This document shows positions 57,276-64,000 of a stretch of DNA of 64,000 bases, in pieces (position 1 is the stretch's first letter; the number at the start of each line of letters is the position of its first letter). A program made the translations under genes and the position numbers. The stretch is from Planctomycetota bacterium (GTDB taxonomy: Bacteria > Planctomycetota > UBA8108 > SXIK01): contig CBDCXR010000004.1 of NCBI GenBank assembly GCA_965223845.1, positions 1,088,001 through 1,152,000 on the forward strand, written 5' to 3'. A model generated the notes under the pieces. That model had not been told where the DNA came from, ran no database searches, and saw only the letters and a list, made by a program, of their open reading frames with translations.

Positions 57276-58748
57276 ATGCGTCCCCTCAAGGTCCTTCCTT
57301 CCACCGCTCCGAGCTCCGCCCCGGCCGCGCGTCCGCGCCTCCCGGCCGCCGGCGCCTATCTGGGTTCGTTTCTCGACGCGGAGCTCGAGGCGGAAGCGCT
57401 CGCGGCCGCGCCCGATCGACGGGTCTACTTCGAGGTGTTCGGATGCCAGATGAACAAGCTCGACGCCGAGCTGATGATGAGCATCCTCTACGACGAGGGG
57501 TACCGGCTCACGAATCGTCTCGAGGACGCCGGAGTCGTTCTCTACAACACCTGCGCAATCCGCGAGCAGGCGGAGAACCGCGTCTTCTCGAAGGTCGGCT
57601 CGCTGCGCGCGCTCAAGCGGCGAAAGCCGGAGCTCGTCATCGGCGTGCTGGGCTGCAGCGCGCAGAATCACCGCGAGGCGATCCTCTCGCGCTACCCGCA
57701 AGTCGGCATCGTCTGCGGACCCGGTGAGTTCTTGCGCCTGCCGGAGTTGATCGATTCCGCCCGGCGCGGCGAGCGCGTCGCCGCGCTCGACCTCGACACC
57801 GAAGTGTCGTTCCAGCGGACGCGCAACCACGGACCGAATCCGTTCCAGGCCTACGTATCCGTGATGCGAGGCTGCGATCAGGCCTGCACGTTTTGTGTCG
57901 TCCCGTCGACGCGCGGGAAGGAGGTCAGCCGGCCCGTGCGTGAGATCGTCGACGAAGCCCGCGCCCTCGTCGATGACGGTGTGCGCGAGATCGTCCTTCT
58001 CGGGCAAACCGTCAACTCGTACGGAAAACGACTCGCGAAGCAGCGCCAGATCGGACTCCACCATGTCCTTCACGAGCTGAACCGAATCTCCGGACTCGAG
58101 CGGATCAATTTCATCACGTCGCACCCGCGCTTCATGTTCCCCGAGCTGATCGCGGCGATGGCCGATTTGGAGAAGGTGACCGAGTATCTCCACTTGCCCG
58201 TGCAGTCCGGTTCGGACGCCTGCCTCAAGCGGATGCTGCGAACGTACACCGTCGACGAGTACCGCCGCGTCGTCGATGCGTGTCGCGAGCGGATCCCCGA
58301 CCTCGGACTGGCGACGGACGTGATCGTCGGATTCTGCGGGGAGACCGACGACGAGTTCGCGGCGACGCTGCGACTCGTCGAGGAGACGCGGTACCAGGGG
58401 GCGTTCGTGTTCAAGTACTCGGAGCGAAGCGGTACGCGCGCAGCGAACGTCTACGCGGACGACGTTCCGGAGGACGTGAAGCGCGAGCGCAATCAACGAG
58501 TTCTCGAGACGGTCGAGCGCATCGCGCGCGAGATGTACGCCGAGCGAGTGGGGCGGGTCGAGAATGTCCTCGTCGAGGGAGTGAGCAAGCTCGACGCCTC
58601 GCGCCTCACGGGACGGAATCGCCGCCACCAGATCGTCGTCTTTCCGGGTTCCGAGGCCGACGGTCTCGTCGGCAAGATCGTCCCGGTCCGCATCAGCGAC
58701 TCGACCCACGTCGTTCTCGTCGGAGAGCGCGCGGGCGAGGCGCGCTGA
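57276..58748 (+). CDS. miaB: tRNA-2-methylthio-N6-dimethylallyladenosine synthase
   Basis: FGCQMN, NTCAIREQAE, radical-SAM motif CDQACTFC, HLPVQSGSD, TDVIVGFCGET, FKYSERSGT, C-terminal TRAM. Confidence 0.95.
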   Translation: MRPLKVLPSTAPSSAPAARPRLPAAGAYLGSFLDAELEAEALAAAPDRRVYFEVFGCQMNKLDAELMMSILYDEGYRLTNRLEDAGVVLYNTCAIREQAENRVFSKVGSLRALKRRKPELVIGVLGCSAQNHREAILSRYPQVGIVCGPGEFLRLPELIDSARRGERVAALDLDTEVSFQRTRNHGPNPFQAYVSVMRGCDQACTFCVVPSTRGKEVSRPVREIVDEARALVDDGVREIVLLGQTVNSYGKRLAKQRQIGLHHVLHELNRISGLERINFITSHPRFMFPELIAAMADLEKVTEYLHLPVQSGSDACLKRMLRTYTVDEYRRVVDACRERIPDLGLATDVIVGFCGETDDEFAATLRLVEETRYQGAFVFKYSERSGTRAANVYADDVPEDVKRERNQRVLETVERIAREMYAERVGRVENVLVEGVSKLDASRLTGRNRRHQIVVFPGSEADGLVGKIVPVRISDSTHVVLVGERAGEAR

Positions 58749-58756
58749 GGCCTACG

Positions 58757-59869
58757 GTGGCTCGGCTGCCGGCGCCGAAGTCGGAGTTCATGCACCGAGC
58801 GCTCGTGCTCGCGCAGCGAGGCCGCGACGCCGTTTCGCCGAATCCCATGGTGGGAGCGGTGATCGTTCGCGGCGGACGGATCGTCGGCGAGGGGTATCAC
58901 CGGCGGTGCGGCGGCGCCCACGCAGAGGCGAACGCGCTCCGGGCGGCGGGGAGCGCTCGCGGGGCGGATGTGTACGTATCGCTCGAGCCGTGCGCTCACC
59001 ACGGCCGCACGCCGCCGTGTGCCGAAGCACTCGCGCGCGCGAAGGTCCGGCGGGTCATCTACGCGGTCGGGGACCCGAATCCGAAGACGCGGGGGCGAGG
59101 GGCGCGAGTCCTCCGGGCCGCCGGGATCGCGGTCGAATCGGGCCTTCTTCGCGAAGAGGCGGCCGCGCTCAACCGGCCGTTCTTCCATTGGATTCGAACG
59201 GGAAGACCGTGGGTGATTCTCAAGTGGGCGATGACGCTCGACGGAAAGACCGCGACCGCGGGCGGTGAATCTCAGTGGATCACGGGACCGGCGGCTCGCA
59301 CTGCCGCACACGCGCTTCGGCGGCGAGCCGACGCGGTGGTGGTCGGAACGCAGACGGCGCTCGCGGACGACCCACGCCTCGATCCGAGACCCGCCCGGGG
59401 GCGTCCGCCGGTGCGGATCATTCTCGACCGGCGAGGGCGTCTTCCGTACCGGCTTCGCCTCCTCGGACCGGCGGGAGAGCGAGCCGGCGACGGAGAGCGG
59501 GTCTACGCGACGACCTCGCGCGTCGCGGCGCGGCGGCGCGCGCGCCTCGAGAAGAACGGCGTCGAAGTCCTCGTCGTCCCCGAGCGGGGCGGACTCCTCC
59601 GTCTCGACGTCCTTCTCGATCGCCTCGGCGAGCGGGGGATCGCGCAGCTCCTCGTCGAGGGGGGGAGCGAGCTCCTCGGCGAGTGCCTCGCGAGCGGCGT
59701 CGCCAACGAAGTCGCCGCGTTTGTCGCACCGAGACTCGCGGGGGGCGCGACGGCGCCGGGAGCGCTGGCGGGACCGGGGATTCTCAAGCTCGCCGAAACT
59801 CCGCGCCTCGAGTCGCCGAAGGTGCGGCGTCTCGGCGAGGACGTGCTGATCACGGGAGTGATCGCCTAG
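58757..59869 (+). CDS. ribD: Bifunctional riboflavin biosynthesis deaminase/reductase
   Basis: SPNPMVGAVI, HAE, LEPCAHHGRTPPC, KWAMTLDGK, SQWIT, LVEGG. Start GTG 58757 or ATG 58790. Confidence 0.95.
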   Translation: MARLPAPKSEFMHRALVLAQRGRDAVSPNPMVGAVIVRGGRIVGEGYHRRCGGAHAEANALRAAGSARGADVYVSLEPCAHHGRTPPCAEALARAKVRRVIYAVGDPNPKTRGRGARVLRAAGIAVESGLLREEAAALNRPFFHWIRTGRPWVILKWAMTLDGKTATAGGESQWITGPAARTAAHALRRRADAVVVGTQTALADDPRLDPRPARGRPPVRIILDRRGRLPYRLRLLGPAGERAGDGERVYATTSRVAARRRARLEKNGVEVLVVPERGGLLRLDVLLDRLGERGIAQLLVEGGSELLGECLASGVANEVAAFVAPRLAGGATAPGALAGPGILKLAETPRLESPKVRRLGEDVLITGVIA

Positions 59870-60080
59870 TCCGCCCGATTCTCGGGATCCCCGTCCACGG
59901 TCCGCGGACCGGGTCCCCCGATAACCCGACTCGGCCCCCTCGCACGGGGTCGAAGCACGTCCCCGATGCTACTCTTCTCGAGGACGGCACCCTCGCCGCG
60001 AGCGCGGGTCTTCGAGTTGCGTCCCCGTTTCCGCGTTCGTCCCACCGCGCACCGCACTCGAACCTCCGTCTCTTTGCCGG

Positions 60081-62084
60081 ATGCCCGCCGCTCTTCCCCC
60101 TAGCGTCTCCCGTCTTTCCACCGCCATCGTGGGGGCACTCGCGCTCCTCACCTCGGCCGGTTGCGCGGGACGGGCGGAGTTCGCGCGCGGGCTGGCGTTC
60201 TTCGATCGCGGAGAGTACCGCTCGGCGTACCGCGAGTTTTGGGAGGCCTACCGCCTCCGCCCGGTGGACCACCACTACGACGCGTGCCGCCGCGCAGCGG
60301 CGCGAGTGGCCGCAGAGCTCGTCTTGGACGCGCGTGAGTTCGAGGCTCGCGGGAAGATCGACGCGGCCGTTCGCAGTTACGCGCTCGCGTTCGAGTACGA
60401 CGATCGCTCCGGCATCATCCGCGATGGCCTCGCGCGCGTTCGCTGGCAGGCGGAAGAGCTCGCGCGGCTCCGCTGGGATGCGGAATCGGCACCGCGCGGA
60501 ACGTGGGGAGAGTTCGATCGCTGCCTGAGGCTCATGGAATCACCCTTCGCCGACGAGACGACTCGTTCGCGCGCGGCGACCCGCGCGCGAGAGATCGCCC
60601 ACGAACTCGCTCGGAAGCTGAGGGATGTCAGGATTCCTGCGGACGCGGCGCCAGCGGAGATCGCTCGGGGACGCCTCGCCTGGACGGCGTTCGCGCACGA
60701 ATGTCGCCTCCGCGTCTGGGCCGCTCCGGACCGGCGAGCCGAACACGAACCCTGGTTCGAGCTCGTTCGGCGCGAAGAAGAGATTCACTCGATTCTGTCG
60801 CCCCTCATCGACGAGGCGGACGGAGAGGTGAAGAGACTCGATCGGATGCTGGCTGCGCGCGCGTGCCTCGCCGAATCAGAGAGATCGTTCGGCGACGGAG
60901 AGTACGTCGCGGCTCTTCGCGAGTCTCGTCGTGCGCGCTTGCTCTGTCCGGCAGTTCCCGGCGGCACGGATCTCGAGAAGCGCTGCCGCGAGGCGATGCG
61001 ACGCCCCGATGAGTCGACGACTGTCGAGGGCACCATTCCGTCGAGCGTCTCCAACGCCGGCGCATTCGACCTCGCGGACGCGGAGCAACCGGAGTGGCTT
61101 TCGCTCTCGCGGCGCACGGCTCTTCGGGTGCTCGAGCTGCGGCGGTCGAGCGCCGAATCGTCGCGAGTCGCGGAGTCTCTTCTCGCGGAGCTCCACGCGT
61201 GGGTCGAGCCGCGGTTCCGAGTCGAGCTTCCGCGTCTCTCTCGGGCCGCGAGAGATCTCCAGCGCGATCTCTGGGGACTGGACGAGTGGACGTTCACGAG
61301 GGTTCGGAGCGTGCTCGCCGCCGCCACCGAGACCTGGGACGACACCGCAACGAGCGATCGTCTCCGCCTCGAGGACCTCGAGTTCAGCGTCGTCGTCCGT
61401 CCGCCGGCGCCCGGTCTAGAGATCGCTCGATTCGTCGACGAGCTCAAGCTGGTGACGAACCCTGAATTCCAGGCGATCGCCGCCGATCTCGAGGCGGCGC
61501 GGGCCGAGTTGGCCGACGCGCGCGAGTCTCTCGGCGGGGCCGCGGCTCCGGGCGTGGAGCTCGCGGTGGAGGTCGCGAAGCTCGCCGAGTGGCGCGTGAG
61601 TCAGCTCGAGAAGGTCGCGGCGGGTCTCAAGGAGGCCGTCGCCGACGTTCGCTGGGAGGAGAGCTCCTACGAGACGAGCGACGTCGAGCTCCTCGCGGTT
61701 CTCGCGGGACGACTCGTCGGCGACGACGACGCGACGGGAGGCGAGTGGATCTCGGTCGAATCGACCTTCGTCGACCGCGAAAGCGCAGCGACGAGCGAGT
61801 TCGGGATTCCGGGGGACGCGCGCGAGCTTCCCACACGCGGCGAGATGGCGCTAGGACTGGCGTCGGCCCTCCGCCGAAAGATCTCCCGCCGCCTCGGCGA
61901 GATGCGGCGGGAGCGGCTCGAAGCGCTGCTCGCGCGCGGAGAGGAGTGCCTCGAGACGGGAAGGAGCGACGCCGCGGCGGAGGCGTTCGCGCGCGTCTAC
62001 CTCGGATCGCGGGCCGCGGACTCGCGCGCGGAGCGGCTTCGGAGACGGGCTGGGGCGAGGCTCTTCGAGATTCTCGACGACTGA
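60081..62084 (+). CDS. Hypothetical helical/TPR-like lipoprotein
   Basis: Signal peptide ending SAG-C; TPR-like helices; long open frame filling the gap between ribD and the ABC genes. Confidence 0.65.
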   Translation: MPAALPPSVSRLSTAIVGALALLTSAGCAGRAEFARGLAFFDRGEYRSAYREFWEAYRLRPVDHHYDACRRAAARVAAELVLDAREFEARGKIDAAVRSYALAFEYDDRSGIIRDGLARVRWQAEELARLRWDAESAPRGTWGEFDRCLRLMESPFADETTRSRAATRAREIAHELARKLRDVRIPADAAPAEIARGRLAWTAFAHECRLRVWAAPDRRAEHEPWFELVRREEEIHSILSPLIDEADGEVKRLDRMLAARACLAESERSFGDGEYVAALRESRRARLLCPAVPGGTDLEKRCREAMRRPDESTTVEGTIPSSVSNAGAFDLADAEQPEWLSLSRRTALRVLELRRSSAESSRVAESLLAELHAWVEPRFRVELPRLSRAARDLQRDLWGLDEWTFTRVRSVLAAATETWDDTATSDRLRLEDLEFSVVVRPPAPGLEIARFVDELKLVTNPEFQAIAADLEAARAELADARESLGGAAAPGVELAVEVAKLAEWRVSQLEKVAAGLKEAVADVRWEESSYETSDVELLAVLAGRLVGDDDATGGEWISVESTFVDRESAATSEFGIPGDARELPTRGEMALGLASALRRKISRRLGEMRRERLEALLARGEECLETGRSDAAAEAFARVYLGSRAADSRAERLRRRAGARLFEILDD

Positions 62085-62420
62085 GGCACCTCGGGCGGCC
62101 ACCCGAGAGCGGCGCCTAGCGGGGCCTCCCGGCGCTGGTCCCGCTCGAGCTCCGCGAATCGCCGGGGCGGGCGACGGCGATTCGCCCGCCCGGGGGGATT
62201 CGCTCTTTTTTCGCGAATCCGGCGCGACCCGCGCATCCTCCCCTGAAGTCGCCGTTCTCCCGATCCCGGGACGAGCCGCGTTCGTCCCCCCGGGGAGCGG
62301 GCGCCAACGCGACCGGAGCCTAGATACCGAACGGCGCGAGCGTCCCGATCGTCGGGCCGCGGCGCGCGCCCCAGCCGCGCGGCTCTGAGGGACTTCCGCC
62401 GGCTTCCGTGGAGGATTCGC

Positions 62421-63371
62421 ATGATCGAAGTCGAGAGTATCGTCAAGCGCTACGGGGCGACCGTGGCGGTCAACAATGTCTCCTTCAGCGTGAAGGAGGG
62501 GGAAATCCTCGGATTCCTCGGGCCGAACGGCGCCGGGAAGTCGACGACGATCAAGATCCTCACGTGCTTTATCGTCGCGGATTCGGGGCGGGTGACGGTG
62601 GCCGGGCACGACGTCCTCGAGGACTCGTTTGCCGTTCGCCGCAGCGTCGGCTACTTGCCCGAGAGCACGGCGGTGTATTCCGACATGCGCGTGCTCGAAT
62701 ACCTGAAGTTCGTCGCCCGAGCGCGACAGATTCCCGCGGGGCAGGTTCAGTCGTCGATCGACCGCGTCGTCGCTCAGCTCGAGATCGAGCGGATGCTGAA
62801 GAAGAACATCAGCCATCTCTCGAAGGGATACCGCCAGCGCGTCGGTCTCGCCCAGGCGATGATCCACGATCCGCCGATCCTCATCCTCGACGAGCCGACG
62901 AGCGGACTCGACCCGCACCAGATTGTCGAGATTCGCGAGCTGCTCCGAAAACTCGGACGATCGAAGGTCATTCTCTTCAGCTCCCACATCCTCCAAGAGA
63001 TCTCGGCGATCTGCTCGCGGATCATGGTGATCAAGGACGGAACCCTGGTCGCGGACGGTTCACCGGATGAGCTCCAGGCGCAGTCGACCGGAGAAGTCGT
63101 GCGGGTGAAGATCGCCGGACCGGAGGACGCGGTCGTCGGCACGCTCAAAGACCTCGCGGGTGTCGACTCGGTCGAGGTGCTCGGACACGTTGGCGACGTG
63201 CTCGATGTGCGCGTGCGAGCGGGAGCGGGCGCGGGGGCGGCGGCCGCGATCTCGGATGCCGCTACGGGAAAGAACTGGCCCCTGTCGGCGCTCGTCCCGG
63301 AGATGCGGAGCCTCGAGGAGGTCTATCTTCAGCTGACGGCTAGCGATGGAGCGCAGCGTGGCGCAGCGTGA
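62421..63371 (+). CDS. ABC transporter ATP-binding protein (GldA-like)
   Basis: GGAGG RBS; GPNGAGKST, LSKGYRQRVGLAQA, ILDEPTSGLDP, SSHIL. Confidence 0.93.
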   Translation: MIEVESIVKRYGATVAVNNVSFSVKEGEILGFLGPNGAGKSTTIKILTCFIVADSGRVTVAGHDVLEDSFAVRRSVGYLPESTAVYSDMRVLEYLKFVARARQIPAGQVQSSIDRVVAQLEIERMLKKNISHLSKGYRQRVGLAQAMIHDPPILILDEPTSGLDPHQIVEIRELLRKLGRSKVILFSSHILQEISAICSRIMVIKDGTLVADGSPDELQAQSTGEVVRVKIAGPEDAVVGTLKDLAGVDSVEVLGHVGDVLDVRVRAGAGAGAAAAISDAATGKNWPLSALVPEMRSLEEVYLQLTASDGAQRGAA

Positions 63372-63457
63372 ACGCGCGCGAGCGGTCGCTCATCCTGAAT
63401 TGAACCGATCTTGCCTTCTGCTCCGCTGTAGGAGGGCGAAGGCCAAGGAGATACTCA

Positions 63458-64000
63458 ATGGGTAACGTGCTCACGATCTTCCGACGCGAGCTGTCCGCGT
63501 ACTTCACGTCGCCGATCGCGTACATCTTCGTGTTGGTGTTTCTCATCTTTTCATCCGCCCTGTTCTTCGTTTTCTTCTCGTACTTTCAGTCGCAAGACCC
63601 TTCACTTCGCCCCTACTTCTTGATCTTTCTCGGGACGTATCTGCTCCTCATCCCGCCGATCTCGATGCGACTCTGGAGTGAAGAAAAGAAGTCCGGCTCG
63701 ATCGAGCTGTTGATGACTCTGCCGTTTCGATCGGTCGAGGTCGTGATCGGAAAGTACTTGGGCGCCTTCTGCGTGATCTTGTTCACGCTCCTCCTGACGC
63801 TGGCCGTCCCATTGAGCGTGTCGACGGTGGTGTCCGGTCTGGACTGGGGCGTCATCTTTACGAGCTACTTCGGCGCCGTGCTGCTCGCGGCGGTGTATCT
63901 CGCCGTGGGAGCTTGTGCCTCAGCGTTTACGCAGAACCAAATCGTCGCGATGCTCGTTTCGTTCGTCTTTCTCGCGATTCTCGCGATTCTCGGTGCGCCG
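63458..64000 (+). CDS. ABC-2 type permease (GldF-like), truncated by the window end
   Basis: Absent from the ORF track. AGGAG RBS; MGNVLTIFRRELSAYFTSPIAYIF; PPISMRLWSEEKKSGSIELLMTLP...VIGKYLGA; SAFTQNQIVA. Confidence 0.9.
   Translation, partial: MGNVLTIFRRELSAYFTSPIAYIFVLVFLIFSSALFFVFFSYFQSQDPSLRPYFLIFLGTYLLLIPPISMRLWSEEKKSGSIELLMTLPFRSVEVVIGKYLGAFCVILFTLLLTLAVPLSVSTVVSGLDWGVIFTSYFGAVLLAAVYLAVGACASAFTQNQIVAMLVSFVFLAILAILGAP

Noticed and set aside
1-64000. Mobile elements, prophage, tRNA or rRNA genes
   Set aside because: No transposase, integrase, phage gene cluster, cloverleaf or rRNA signature was recognised, and there is no obvious compositional island.

Overview
Visibly GC-rich bacterial chromosomal window. 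It most likely comes from a diderm PVC-superphylum organism (Planctomycetota-like); this is inferred from gene content: BamD/LptE, a BatA/vWA/MoxR cluster, and three prenyltransferase-repeat proteins. It holds about 40 genes. Housekeeping genes are nusB, ftsY, ribH, guaA, guaB, a corC-like gene, recO, bamD, lptE, ftsH, folP, cdaA-cdaR-glmM, dapA, a yhaM-like gene, sucCD, an nrnA-like DHH gene, miaB, ribD and a GldA/GldF-like ABC pair. There is also a 1605-aa glycine-rich surface lipoprotein, an ~18 kb uncharacterised MoxR-DUF58-BatA/vWA-vWA-propeller-prenyltransferase-coiled-coil operon, and several TPR lipoproteins. I saw no tRNA, rRNA, CRISPR array, transposase or integrase. The most notable observations are: (1) the envelope-targeted MoxR/vWA/alpha-alpha-toroid operon; (2) a eukaryote-type IMPDH; (3) a lipoprotein resembling eukaryotic HPF1 (DUF2228) along its length, lying antisense between recO and bamD; (4) a nusB-ftsY block bounded exactly by a 9-bp inverted repeat, which if flipped restores a canonical ribH-nusB junction; (5) a 192-nt rod-shaped, 6S-like RNA upstream of ftsH; (6) a TonB-like membrane anchor fused to a prenyltransferase-repeat domain. 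All family assignments come from motif recognition by eye; no database search was run.
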